Shown here piece after piece: positions 36,242 to 46,176 of a stretch of DNA of 64,000 nucleotides (the stretch's first letter is position 1; every line of letters starts with the position of its first letter). Where the stretch lies: the NCBI GenBank assembly GCA_040751795.1, contig JBFMHR010000005.1, forward strand, positions 212,141 through 276,140, read 5' to 3'. This stretch comes from Thermoplasmatota archaeon. GTDB lineage: Archaea > Thermoplasmatota > Thermoplasmata > UBA10834. Under the pieces are notes generated by a model. The model was given only the letters and a program-made list of their open reading frames with translations. It did no database searches and was not told where the DNA came from. Position numbers and translations under genes: made by a program.

Positions 36242-36910
36242 TCACCTCGGCTGGACCGGGCCTATCCGGTGCGTCGCGTGCAGCACGTGCGCCACGAGGA
36301 TGTCCTCGGGGACCGCGCCGCCGACCTCGAAGGTGTCGTTGATGACCGTCTTGGGCACGCCGGACAGGTGGTGCTTCTGCGCCAGGTGGACGAACTCGTT
36401 CGCCTCCACCATGTCCGCCCAGACCATGTCCGACTCGACCGCGAGCTTGTGCGCCAGCCTCACGGACGAGGGGCAGTAGGGGCACGTCGGGGTGACGAAC
36501 ACCTGCAGGTGCACCGGCTGGTCCAGCTCCCTGAGAGCGTCCTTGCTCCTCTGGGAGAGGCCGCTCTCGCCCCTCGAGACGTCGAGTATGGCCCCCACGA
36601 GGGAGTGGAACTCGTACCCCGAGGGCATCCCGTAGAACCTGATGCCGTAGTCCTTCCTGCCGACGATGGCGGTGGCGGGTATCTTGTCGACCCGCAGCTC
36701 CGTCGCCTTCATCTGGTCCCGGACGAAGTCGTAGACCTCGACCTTGATCTTCGGGGAGACCTCGCCGAGCTCCCTGGCCACCTGGACAGTCTCGCTGCAG
36801 AACACGCACGGCACGTCCTGCGTGAACACTATGACCCTGACATCGTCCACCATCTTCTGGGAGAACTCCTTCCTCAGCGCCTCCCTCTCCTTGTCATTCA
36901 ACAGCGGCAT
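36242..36910 (-). CDS. Protein disulfide oxidoreductase (PDO, double thioredoxin fold)
   Basis: CVFC and FVTPTCPYC active sites; RFYGMPSGYEF; GVPKTVIN. Confidence 0.93.
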   Translation of the reverse strand: MPLLNDKEREALRKEFSQKMVDDVRVIVFTQDVPCVFCSETVQVARELGEVSPKIKVEVYDFVRDQMKATELRVDKIPATAIVGRKDYGIRFYGMPSGYEFHSLVGAILDVSRGESGLSQRSKDALRELDQPVHLQVFVTPTCPYCPSSVRLAHKLAVESDMVWADMVEANEFVHLAQKHHLSGVPKTVINDTFEVGGAVPEDILVAHVLHATHRIGPVQPR

Positions 36911-36932
36911 TTCCACCACACCTCTATTCGCG

Positions 36933-37358
36933 CTACTCCCTTATGACAACATCTATCTTGATGCCCTGCCGGACCGAGGCCGTGACTATGCAGAAGTCCT
37001 CGAACATGGTCAGGCACCGCTTCAACTTTTCTCGGTCAGATTCACTCACCTTCGGCTTCATGGTGACCTTTATGCCTTCAATCCGCCACCTGCCCCTCTC
37101 GTTCCTCGTGAGGGACGTCTCCACGTCCGCCTCGAGGTCCTCCGCCTCGACCCGGGACTTGCTCAGGCAGAACAGGAGGCTCGCGCTGAGGCAGTGCCCC
37201 ACGGCGGAGGAGAGCATCATGCTCGCGTTGGGGGCGGACGAGCCCCCCAGGGGCGCGGGCTCGTCCATGCTTACGGTCCCCTTGTCCCACTCGTCGAAGG
37301 AGATCTCGAACCTGTAGCCGTCCCTGCGCCTGATGTGGGCGTGTATCTTCTCGTTCAT
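36933..37358 (-). CDS. OsmC/Ohr family protein
   Basis: DEPAPLGG..PNA..AVGHCLSASL..FEDFCIVTASV. Confidence 0.9.
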   Translation of the reverse strand: MNEKIHAHIRRRDGYRFEISFDEWDKGTVSMDEPAPLGGSSAPNASMMLSSAVGHCLSASLLFCLSKSRVEAEDLEADVETSLTRNERGRWRIEGIKVTMKPKVSESDREKLKRCLTMFEDFCIVTASVRQGIKIDVVIRE

Positions 37359-37504
37359 TCCCTGCCCCCGGCCTTAATCGACCGCCGCGCCTAAGTCTTT
37401 TCCCCGTCCCGGCGCCCCAGCATAACCCAAGTCCAGTTCGCTGGAGAACCTAGAAATACGCCGGAGCATGATTGCTCGCCACCCATCGGACGAGGCGTGG
37501 TGCA

Positions 37505-38935
37505 TTGAACGGCAAGGTCAGGAGAGAGCGCGACTCCCTCGGGGAGAGGGAGGTCCCCAAGGACGCCTACTACGGCATACAGACCCTGAGGGCCGTCGAG
37601 AACTTCCCGGTCAGCGGCATCATGGCCAGGCCGGAGTTCATCAACGCGTACGCGATGGTGAAGAAGGCCGCCGCCCTGGCGAACATGGAGATCGGGTGGC
37701 TCGAGCCCTACGTCGCGGAGGCGATAGTCGCCGCGTGCGACGAGATAATGGCGGGGGAACTGCACGACCAGTTCGTCGTCGACGACTTCCAGGCGGGCGC
37801 CGGCACGTCGTTCAACATGAACGCGAACGAGGTCATCGCCAACCGCGCCCTCGAGCTGGTGGGCAGGCAGAAGGGCGACTACTCGGCCATCCACCCCAAC
37901 GACCACGTGAACATGTCCCAGTCCACCAACGACACCTACCCGACGGCGATGAGGCTCTGCATACTCATCATCGCCCAGGACCTCCTCGACAACCTGGAGG
38001 TCCTCAGGCGGGCCTTCATGCGCAAGGGCATGGAGTTCCAGAGGATACTGAAGTCGGGGAGGACCCACCTCATGGACGCGCTCCCCGTCACCCTGGGCCA
38101 GGAGTTCATGGCCTACTCCGTCGCGGTGAAGAAGGCGAGGGACCAGCTCAAGGGCACGCTGAAGCTCCTCGAGGAGATGCCCATGGGCGCGACCGCCGTG
38201 GGCACCGGCGCCAACACCCACCCGGACTACCAGAGGCTCGTCGTGAAGCACCTCAGGGCCATCACCAGCCTGAACCTCATAGAGTCGGAGGACCCGAGGG
38301 AGGCCCTCCAGAGCAGGCTCTGCGTCGCCAGCGTCTCGAGCTCGCTGAGGGACCTGGCCCTGGAGCTCATAAGGATCTCCAACGACCTCAGGCTCATGAA
38401 CTCGGGCCCGACCACGGGCCTCGCGGAGATCAGGCTGCCCGAGACCCAGCCCGGCTCCAGCATCATGCCGGGGAAGGTCAACCCGGTGATGGTCGAGTGC
38501 ATGAACATGATCTCGTTCCAGATCGTCGGCAACGACATCGCCGTCGCCATGGCCGTCCAGGCGGGCCAGTTCGAGCTCAACGTCATGAACCCGGTCATGG
38601 TCCACAACCTCCTCGAGTCGATGGTCCTGCTCAACAACTACCTGCCAGTCTTCGTGGACAAGTGCGTCAAGGGCATCGAGGCCAACGAGGACAAGTGCAG
38701 GTCCTACCTCGAGAAGAACCCCTCCCTCGCCACCTTCCTCCAGCCGCACATAGGCTACGAGAAGGCGGCGGAGATCGCCAAGGAGGCGATGAAGAGGAGG
38801 ATGTCCATCAGGGACCTGGTCCTGGAGAAGGGCGTCATGACCAGGGAGCAGGTCGACAGCATATTCGACTGGGAGTACCTCAGCGGCTCCCAGAAGGTGG
38901 ACAAGCGGTACAAGGGGAACGGGCCTTCCAGATAA
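37505..38935 (+). CDS. aspA: Aspartate ammonia-lyase / class II fumarase family lyase
   Basis: DSLG, YYGIQTLRAVENF, QAGAGTSFNMN, SQSTNDTYPT, GRTHLMDA, GSSIMPGKVNP; the GAGTS motif favours AspA over FumC. Confidence 0.85.
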   Translation: MNGKVRRERDSLGEREVPKDAYYGIQTLRAVENFPVSGIMARPEFINAYAMVKKAAALANMEIGWLEPYVAEAIVAACDEIMAGELHDQFVVDDFQAGAGTSFNMNANEVIANRALELVGRQKGDYSAIHPNDHVNMSQSTNDTYPTAMRLCILIIAQDLLDNLEVLRRAFMRKGMEFQRILKSGRTHLMDALPVTLGQEFMAYSVAVKKARDQLKGTLKLLEEMPMGATAVGTGANTHPDYQRLVVKHLRAITSLNLIESEDPREALQSRLCVASVSSSLRDLALELIRISNDLRLMNSGPTTGLAEIRLPETQPGSSIMPGKVNPVMVECMNMISFQIVGNDIAVAMAVQAGQFELNVMNPVMVHNLLESMVLLNNYLPVFVDKCVKGIEANEDKCRSYLEKNPSLATFLQPHIGYEKAAEIAKEAMKRRMSIRDLVLEKGVMTREQVDSIFDWEYLSGSQKVDKRYKGNGPSR

Positions 38936-39008
38936 CCTATAAATACGCACTGCCCTTTTTCAAGCGCAGTGCTCCACGTGCGGCGCATGGCGGTGGAGGT
39001 GTGACATT

Positions 39009-39800
39009 ATGGACTGGGGTTTGAGGAACAGGATGTCGAGGATCATAAGGCCGGAGGACGGGCGCTCGGTCATGCTCGCGGTGGACCACGGGTACTTCCT
39101 GGGCCCGACGAGCAGGCTCGAGGTCCCGCGGAAGACGATCATGCCGCTGGCCCCGTTCGCCGACTCGGTCATGCTCACGCGCGGGGTGCTCCGCTCCTCC
39201 GTCGACCCGACCATCTGCAACTCGGTGGTGCTCAGGGTCTCGGGAGGCGCCAGCATCGTCGGCGAGGACCTCTCCAACGAGGGCATAACCACCAGCGTCG
39301 AGGACGCGCTCAGGCTCAACGCGTCCGGCATAGCCCTCTCCATATTCGTGGGCAGCAAGCACGAGCGCCAGACCCTCCTCGCCCTCTCCGAGCTCGTGGA
39401 CGAGGGGCAGAAGCACGGGATGCCCGTGCTCGCGGTGACGGCCGTCGGAAAGGAGATCGGCCAGAAGGACGCGAGGTACCTCGCGCTCGCCTCCAGGATA
39501 GCCGCCGAGATAGGCGCGCACATCGTCAAGACCTACTACTGCGAGGACTTCGGGAAGGTCGTCGAGAGCTGCCCCGTCCCCATCGTCGTGGCGGGCGGCA
39601 AGAAGATCCCGGAGAAGGACGCCCTCGAGCTCACCTACAACTCGATGAAGGCCGGCGCGGCCGGCGTGGACATGGGGAGGAACATCTGGCAGTCGGACCA
39701 CCCCGTGGCCATGATCAAGTCGGTCAGGCAGATCGTCCACGAGGACGCGACCGCGAAGGAAGCCTACGAGACCTTCAAGAAGCTCTCGAAGGGGAAGTGA
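39009..39800 (+). CDS. lsrF: LsrF-type class I aldolase/thiolase
   Basis: MDWGLRNRMSRI, LAVDHGYFLGPT, AVTAVGK, GAHIVKTYY, VAGGKK, GVDMGRNIWQ. Confidence 0.9.
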   Translation: MDWGLRNRMSRIIRPEDGRSVMLAVDHGYFLGPTSRLEVPRKTIMPLAPFADSVMLTRGVLRSSVDPTICNSVVLRVSGGASIVGEDLSNEGITTSVEDALRLNASGIALSIFVGSKHERQTLLALSELVDEGQKHGMPVLAVTAVGKEIGQKDARYLALASRIAAEIGAHIVKTYYCEDFGKVVESCPVPIVVAGGKKIPEKDALELTYNSMKAGAAGVDMGRNIWQSDHPVAMIKSVRQIVHEDATAKEAYETFKKLSKGK

Positions 39801-39822
39801 GCCAGCGGAAGGACCGGGCGGC

Positions 39823-40854
39823 ATGAAGATGCGCGTCGCGATGTACTACAGCAACAGGGACGTGAGGCTCCAGGAGCTCCCGAGGCCGGAGCCGGGGCCC
39901 GGCGAGATGCTCGTCAAGGTCATCGCCAGCGGCATCTGCGGAAGCGACGTCATGGAGTGGTACCGGATCAAGAAGGCGCCGCTCGTGCTGGGCCACGAGA
40001 TCGCTGGCGACATAGCCGAGGTCGGCGCCGGCGTGACCAGGTACAGGGTCGGCGACCGCGTGTTCGTCTCGCACCACGTGCCCTGCGGTACCTGCAAGTA
40101 CTGCAGGAGCGGGCACCACTCCGCGTGCGACACGCTCAGGAAGACCAACTTCCATCCAGGCGGGTTCGCCGAGTTCGTCCGCATCCCCAGGATCAACGTC
40201 GAGAAGGGCGTCTCCGTGCTCCCTCCGGAGCTCACCTACGACGACGGCGTCTTCATAGAGCCGCTCGCGTGCGTCGTCCGCGGCCTCAGGATGGCCAGGT
40301 TCGAGCCCGGCACGACGGTGCTGGTCCTCGGGAGCGGCATAGCGGGCCTGCTGAACATCAAGCTCGCCAAGGCCCTCGGTGCGGGGAGGGTGGTCGCCAC
40401 GGACGTGTCGCGGTACAGGCTGGACGCCGCGAGGAGGTTCGGGGCCGACGCCGTCATAGACGCGTCGCAGGACGTGCCAGCGAAGGTCCGCGAGGCGAAC
40501 GGCGGCCTGCCGGCCGACCTGGTCGTCGTGTCGACGGGGGCGACGCCCGCGATCCGCCAGTCCTTCTCGTGCGTGGACCGCGGCGGCACCATACTCATGT
40601 TCGCGCCGCCGATGCCGGGGGTCGAGGTCCCGGTGCCCTTCGGCGACATCTGGAAGGACGAGGTCACGATAACCACCACCTACGCCGGCAGCCCCCAGGA
40701 CATCGCCGAGGCGATCGAGCTGCTCAGGAGCGGGAGGGTGAAGGTCGCGGACATGGTCACCCACAGGCTGCCGCTGGCCGAGACGGGCAAGGGCTTCGAG
40801 CTGGTGGCGAAGGCCGGCGAGTCCATCAAGGTGATAGTGGAGCCCCAGAAGTGA
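39823..40854 (+). CDS. Zinc-dependent alcohol dehydrogenase (sorbitol/threonine DH-like)
   Basis: GICGSD, GHE, CGTCKYC..C, EPLAC, GSGIAG. Confidence 0.93.
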   Translation: MKMRVAMYYSNRDVRLQELPRPEPGPGEMLVKVIASGICGSDVMEWYRIKKAPLVLGHEIAGDIAEVGAGVTRYRVGDRVFVSHHVPCGTCKYCRSGHHSACDTLRKTNFHPGGFAEFVRIPRINVEKGVSVLPPELTYDDGVFIEPLACVVRGLRMARFEPGTTVLVLGSGIAGLLNIKLAKALGAGRVVATDVSRYRLDAARRFGADAVIDASQDVPAKVREANGGLPADLVVVSTGATPAIRQSFSCVDRGGTILMFAPPMPGVEVPVPFGDIWKDEVTITTTYAGSPQDIAEAIELLRSGRVKVADMVTHRLPLAETGKGFELVAKAGESIKVIVEPQK

Positions 40855-40966
40855 CCGTGGTCGACCGCACTGCTCTTGAGGCAGCACGGGGATACAGGCC
40901 ATGGTGAATCCGATGGGTCGTTCATCCGAGAGCCCGTCCTCAGACGGGCATGAAGATGCGAGCACC

Positions 40967-41839
40967 ATGGACCGGGAGCCCCTGCTACCATGGTACTTCG
41001 TGGGCGCAGTCGCCATCATATGCGGGGTGGCCTTGGCGGCGATGGCCGTCCTCGGCCCCCTGGTCCTCGGGGATATAGAGTACAGGACCTCGGCATCGGG
41101 CGAATGGCAGATACAGGGAGGGGACCTCGTCAACCTCCTCCTGGTCGTCCCGATCCTGTTGCTGGGCGGGGTGACGCACCTCATGAGGCGGCCCGGCTCC
41201 AAGTATCTCCTGATCCTGCCGCCCGTGACCCTCATGTACACCGGCCTGAGCCTCGGCCTGGGTCAGGAGTGGGGCAACCCAGCATACGACGGTAACGCAG
41301 AGCAGTATGCTTGGCTCTTCCTGATACTCATAGTGGGGGGACTGGTGCTCCTGCTCGCGAGCCTGTCGATGTTCACGCCTGCGGACGCCCCGCAGTTCAA
41401 GCGGAGGACGCTGAGGATATACGTCGCCGTGATGGCGTTGTTCCTCCTGATCTTCGCGGCAATGTGGCTCTCCGAACTCGTCGAGGTCATGTCCACGGGG
41501 GACACGTCCACGGGCTCCTACGAGGCGACCCCGACGCTGTGGTGGGTGGTCAGGTACCTCGACCTCGGGGTCACGATCCCGCTCGGCTTCATCGGGCTGT
41601 TCCTCCTCCTCACCAGGCCAAGGGAGTCCTACCCCCTGGTGCTGCTGTTCTTCGGCTTCTTCGTGACCCTGGGCACGGCCGTGCTCTCCATGGGCATCAT
41701 GATGACCCTGAACGACGACCCCGATGCGCAGCCCGGGGGGTTGCCCGTGTTCGGCTTCCTGGCGGCCTTGTCGTGGGTCGGTCTGCTCTACCTGGTCAAG
41801 GACAAGCTCCCGTGGCCGGGGCGCGCCCGGAGGGGATGA
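40967..41839 (+). CDS. Hypothetical polytopic membrane protein (7-8 TM)
   Basis: Hydrophobic helices; QIQGGDLVNL, YLDLG; start uncertain (40901-40967). Confidence 0.75.
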   Translation: MDREPLLPWYFVGAVAIICGVALAAMAVLGPLVLGDIEYRTSASGEWQIQGGDLVNLLLVVPILLLGGVTHLMRRPGSKYLLILPPVTLMYTGLSLGLGQEWGNPAYDGNAEQYAWLFLILIVGGLVLLLASLSMFTPADAPQFKRRTLRIYVAVMALFLLIFAAMWLSELVEVMSTGDTSTGSYEATPTLWWVVRYLDLGVTIPLGFIGLFLLLTRPRESYPLVLLFFGFFVTLGTAVLSMGIMMTLNDDPDAQPGGLPVFGFLAALSWVGLLYLVKDKLPWPGRARRG

Positions 41840-41849
41840 CGGCTCCTGG

Positions 41850-42461
41850 TCAGAGCACCAGCCCCGCGGCGAGGACCACGAGCACGCCGAGTGTGTTCAG
41901 GGCGAAGGCCACGACCATGAACGTCCTCTCCCTCACGGCGGTGATGCTCGCCAGGAGGGTGACGCCGACCTCGTCCGGGAGCGGCGAGGCGATGATCAGG
42001 CCTGCGATGCCGACGGAGAGGTAGTACGCGAGCCTGGGTGGCATCCTCCTCACGACCAGGCCGTTGAAGAGCGCGAAGGCCTTCGAGCCCCTGAACTTGT
42101 CTATCTCGTCCTGGAAGGTCACCCGTATGAACTTGAAGAGGAGGTAGTCCGACAGGAGCGCGCCCACGCCCCCGACGGCCGCTGCAACGAAGATGTTCAC
42201 GTCGTTCGCGATGGTCGCGAGGAGGGCCACTCCGAACGGCGACCCGAAGCCGAAGGCGAACATCATCCCCCCGAAGAGCGCCGAGACGTAGCCGAGGTCG
42301 CCGAGGCCGTGGAAGTAGGACTGGACGCCCTGGTCCTGGAACAGCGCATAGGCGGCAAAGGCGACCACGGCCAGCATCATGACCTTGGGGTACTTGACAA
42401 GGACGAAGAGGTACCACAGCCCGTCGATCAGCCTCTTGCCCAAGCGCCCCCTGTGGTTCAT
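41850..42461 (-). CDS. Hypothetical membrane protein (DedA/VTT-like pattern)
   Basis: GGVGALLSDYLLFKFIR, IASPLPDEVG; start uncertain. Confidence 0.65.
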   Translation of the reverse strand: MNHRGRLGKRLIDGLWYLFVLVKYPKVMMLAVVAFAAYALFQDQGVQSYFHGLGDLGYVSALFGGMMFAFGFGSPFGVALLATIANDVNIFVAAAVGGVGALLSDYLLFKFIRVTFQDEIDKFRGSKAFALFNGLVVRRMPPRLAYYLSVGIAGLIIASPLPDEVGVTLLASITAVRERTFMVVAFALNTLGVLVVLAAGLVL

Positions 42462-42705
42462 CCCGACCGTTATCCGCGGGAGCATAAATCATCCTTGCGC
42501 CCGCCCGGCCCCGCGCGGGCTGGCCACGGCTCCGTTCCCCGCAAGCCTTTTCTACCGACCGCCCGATTCGGCAATCGCGCCGACATCGGCGCGAGGACTG
42601 CCCAAGGCTATGGCATTATCTGTGTGGGTCAATTCTCTTTGATACTGCCGAGAATGGTGCTGGGCTTGTCAAGTGGTCCTTCTGGCGACTGCGAGGTGGA
42701 GCGAG

Positions 42706-44055
42706 ATGCCAACGGTAGCAGGCTACGAGAAGGAGTATGTGTCTAGGACCAGGAGATCGAGGGCGCACTTCGAGAAGGCGAAGGAGCTGCTCCCGGCGGG
42801 CGTGGAGAGCAACGTGCGGTTCTTCGAGCCCTACCCGTTCTATGTGAAGAGGGCCAAGGGGCCGTACATCTACGACCTGGACGGGAACAGGATAGTCGAC
42901 TTCGCACTGGGCTACGGCCCGATGATACTGGGCCACGACCACCCGGAGGTAATCAAGGCCGTGAGGGCGCAGGTGGGGAAGGGGACCATGTACGGCGCCT
43001 CCTCCGAGCTGGCAACGGAGTACGTCCGCACGGTCCAGAAGGCGATGCCGTCGATCGAGATGTTCAGGTTCGCCAACTCGGGGACCGAGGCCACCATGCA
43101 CCCCATGAGGGTCGCGAGGGCCTACACTGGGAGGGAGAAGATCGCGAAGGCCGAGGGGTCGTACCACGGGGGCCACGACTACGCGCTCCAGGGCGTCGAC
43201 ATCCCCGGGGACATGCTGAGGGACCCGAGGAGGCAGCCCTCGGTGCCGTTCGGGAAGGGGATCCCCCGGAGCATCTCCGACCTCGTGGTGATGTACCAGT
43301 TCAACGACTGGGGGGCGACCGAGGAGGTGCTCACGAAGAACGCCGACGAGCTCGCCGCGGTGATCATCGAGCCCATCCAGGCGGGCGGCGGCTGCTTCGC
43401 CCCGCGCGACGGCTATCTGAAGAAGTTGAGGAGGCTCACGAAGGCCCTGGGCATAGTGCTGATATTCGACGAGGTCCTCACGGGCTTCAGGGTGGCCAGG
43501 GGCGGCGCGCAGGAGAGGTACGGCGTGAAGCCGGACATCACGTGCATCGCGAAGATCGCCGGCGGAGGGTACCAGCTCGGCGGCTTCGGAGGCAGCAGGA
43601 GGATCATGGAGGAGATTGTCCCGAGCGAGGACGGGAACGTGTACCACGGCGGGACGTACAACGCCCACCCGGTCTCCGTCGCCGCGGGCCTGAGGACGCT
43701 CCAGATACTGGGGAAGCCGGGCATCTACGGGGAGATCGACCGGATAGGCGGCTCGCTGTTCCACGGCCTCAGGGACGTGGCCGAGGACAGGGGCGTCGAC
43801 GTGTGGGTGGAGTCGGTCGGCTCCATGGGCCAGATGTACTTCACCGACAAGGAGGTCTCGAAGTGGAGGGACGCGATCGACATCGACCGCGAGAGGTGGA
43901 ACCACTGGTTCATGCACTCCCTCGGCAGGGGCGTCTTCTTCGGCGTCCCGCACCCGGACGAGCACTTCTTCACCTCCCTGGTGCACTCGGACAGGGACAT
44001 CCAGCACGCCCTGGACGTGTCGGACGAGGCCTTCAGGGACATGGCCAAGGGCTGA
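42706..44055 (+). CDS. Class III PLP aminotransferase (glutamate-1-semialdehyde aminomutase-like)
   Basis: LPAGVESNVR, GPMILGH, NSGTEA, YHG, LIFDEVLTGFR, AKIAGGG, GTYNAHP; substrate not determinable. Confidence 0.9.
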   Translation: MPTVAGYEKEYVSRTRRSRAHFEKAKELLPAGVESNVRFFEPYPFYVKRAKGPYIYDLDGNRIVDFALGYGPMILGHDHPEVIKAVRAQVGKGTMYGASSELATEYVRTVQKAMPSIEMFRFANSGTEATMHPMRVARAYTGREKIAKAEGSYHGGHDYALQGVDIPGDMLRDPRRQPSVPFGKGIPRSISDLVVMYQFNDWGATEEVLTKNADELAAVIIEPIQAGGGCFAPRDGYLKKLRRLTKALGIVLIFDEVLTGFRVARGGAQERYGVKPDITCIAKIAGGGYQLGGFGGSRRIMEEIVPSEDGNVYHGGTYNAHPVSVAAGLRTLQILGKPGIYGEIDRIGGSLFHGLRDVAEDRGVDVWVESVGSMGQMYFTDKEVSKWRDAIDIDRERWNHWFMHSLGRGVFFGVPHPDEHFFTSLVHSDRDIQHALDVSDEAFRDMAKG

Positions 44056-44141
44056 CCCACCTCAGGCGCGGAAACCCCTTCACCGATTTCCTGTTCTGCA
44101 GAAATGAAATCTACGATGACCGCGTTCTGTCCACAGTCACC

Positions 44142-44633
44142 ATGAACGATGCGGCCACCGCGCCGGTTGCGGACGCGCCCATGGACGGCAGGCGCCTCCT
44201 CACCAAGGAGGAGCGCGACAGGATGTTCGCGACGATCCACTCGATGGTCTTCTGGGTGGGCGTGCTCATCCCGGAGTGGGAGCTGGTGGGGGACCACGAG
44301 ATCGAGCTGAGGGAGACGGTGTTCAGGCTGACGACCAAGGACCGCCTGACCTCCGAGGACCTCCAGAGGATCGACGCCCTCGTCTCCCTCCTCAGCGCCA
44401 GGGAGAAGGGGCTGGAGAGGAAGCTCGCCCACGACCCGATGACGGTCGACGCCGCCAAGGCCCTCCTCGAGGAGATACGCGGCCTTCTGAAGGCGATCGA
44501 CGACCTCCGCTCCGCGGAGACCGACGAGCACGCCTCAGTCGGCAAGGACGAGGTGCTGTCCAGGATGGACGACGCCAGGCGGTGGAAGGAGTTCGTCGAG
44601 TCGATCAAGCCGCCGGGCAGGACCAGGTTCTAG
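44142..44633 (+). CDS. DUF5788-like archaeal helical protein
   Basis: ERDRMF..WVGVLIPE..IELRETVF..GLLKAIDDL..DDARRWKEFV. Confidence 0.75.
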   Translation: MNDAATAPVADAPMDGRRLLTKEERDRMFATIHSMVFWVGVLIPEWELVGDHEIELRETVFRLTTKDRLTSEDLQRIDALVSLLSAREKGLERKLAHDPMTVDAAKALLEEIRGLLKAIDDLRSAETDEHASVGKDEVLSRMDDARRWKEFVESIKPPGRTRF

Positions 44634-46066
44634 CGCCTGTGCCTCGCGACTATCCCGTCCATCCTCCCCGCGACATCCTTGTCGATGGGCTCCGCGCGGT
44701 GGGTCGCGAGCACCTTCTTGGCACGCTCCCTCGCCTTCCTCACCATCTCGCGCTGGTCGTTCAGCAGCCTGTAGGAGCCGAACAACGCCGCCCTCTCCTT
44801 GTCCGGCAGGAAGAGCTCCTTGCGCATGTTCCTGACCGTGTGCGGCACAGAGAGGAAGCTGCCACCCGGCCCCACGGATGATATCAGGTCGGCCGCGAAG
44901 TGCTCCTCGTCGAACGACACCTCCGAACGCACCTCCCTGACCGACTCCCAGATGTCGCTGTCGATGACGATCTGCTCGAGGGACGCCCCCTTCGCCTGGT
45001 CCAGGCCGCCGAGCCCGGAGGAGAAGTCCGTGAGCGACAGGTTGGTCATCGCCGAGAAGACGAGCTCCGACGGGTCCACTGATATCCCCGGGCCGTCCCC
45101 GTGGAGCCCCACCCCGAAGCTCCCCACCATCGTCGGCGCGCCGTAGTGCTTGGCCATCTGCCCGACGGCCGCGGCTATCAGCGCCTCCTCCCTGGCACCG
45201 TAGTGTATCTCCCCCGTCTTCATGTTGATGGCGCTCGACTCGGAGCTGTAGACCACGGGAGAGCCGGGCTTCGCGAGCTGCGATATCGCGAAGCTCGCTA
45301 TGTTCTCGGCGTTCACGATGGAGATCGTCGACGCCAGGGTCACCGGGGCGGTCAGCCCGCACAGGGCCATGGACATCGACACGACTGGTATGCCAGCCCT
45401 CGCGAACTCGATGACCGCCTCGACCGACCCCTTCTCGAACTCCAGGGGGCAGATTGGGCACTGGATGACGGAGAATATCGGGCTCTTGGCGAGCGCTCCC
45501 TCGCCCCCGGCGACAAGGGCGGCGGCCTCGACCATGTCCCTCGCCTCCTCCCCGGACATGGCCTCGCCCTGGATGTGCTTCGTGGTCCCCTTCATCGAGA
45601 TCACCAGCTCGTTCAGGCCGTGCGCATGCTCTGGCCCGTCGTGGGCCGTCACTATCGGCCACACGTAGTCGAGCCCGTCGACCGCGTCGCAGAGGGTCAT
45701 GAAGTCCATGAGGTCCTTACCCTGCGTCGGCCTCTTCTGGCCGGTCCCCAGGTCCGTCATGTAGACGGCCGTGCCGTTGGTGGCCATGAAGGGGGGGCCG
45801 CGCCTCGGGGCCCTCATGGCCCGCTTCGGGTCCCTCGCGCCGAGGACTATCTCCTTCGGCATCCTGCGGACGGTCTCGTTCACGAGGTCCTCAGGGATCC
45901 TGGCGCGCATGGACCCCATGTCCACCTCGGCGCCGCCCGATTCGAGCAGCCGCAGAGCCGCCTCGCTCCCGACCTTGATGCCAGGGGTCTCCAGTATCCT
46001 GAGTGTGTTCTCGTGCACCAGCCCTATCTCTTCCGTTGTGAGAATGCTTATGTGGCCCGAGGCCAT
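44630..46066 (-). CDS. Trimethylamine methyltransferase (MttB) superfamily protein, non-pyrrolysine
   Basis: VHENTLRILETPGI, LGARDP, TTKH, CPLEF, GLTAPVTLAS, SLEQIVIDSDI, VGPGGSFL..HT; no in-frame TAG. Confidence 0.9.
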   Translation of the reverse strand: MASGHISILTTEEIGLVHENTLRILETPGIKVGSEAALRLLESGGAEVDMGSMRARIPEDLVNETVRRMPKEIVLGARDPKRAMRAPRRGPPFMATNGTAVYMTDLGTGQKRPTQGKDLMDFMTLCDAVDGLDYVWPIVTAHDGPEHAHGLNELVISMKGTTKHIQGEAMSGEEARDMVEAAALVAGGEGALAKSPIFSVIQCPICPLEFEKGSVEAVIEFARAGIPVVSMSMALCGLTAPVTLASTISIVNAENIASFAISQLAKPGSPVVYSSESSAINMKTGEIHYGAREEALIAAAVGQMAKHYGAPTMVGSFGVGLHGDGPGISVDPSELVFSAMTNLSLTDFSSGLGGLDQAKGASLEQIVIDSDIWESVREVRSEVSFDEEHFAADLISSVGPGGSFLSVPHTVRNMRKELFLPDKERAALFGSYRLLNDQREMVRKARERAKKVLATHRAEPIDKDVAGRMDGIVARHRR

Positions 46067-46176
46067 TCTCCCGCTCCGGCGGTTAAACGACAGGGTGGCT
46101 TATTATACCATCCTGGAAGGCCGTCTAGGGCCGGTCGACCGGGACCCGTCCCGGTGCTGGGCCCAGAGGTGTGGGC

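Noticed and set aside
42706-44055. Calling the aminotransferase hemL
   Set aside because: No hem genes nearby, and HemL-like paralogs with other substrates are common
44630-46066. Pyrrolysine-containing TMA methyltransferase implying methanogenesis
   Set aside because: No in-frame amber codon; the terminal TAG gives a normal full length; no pyl or mcr genes in the window
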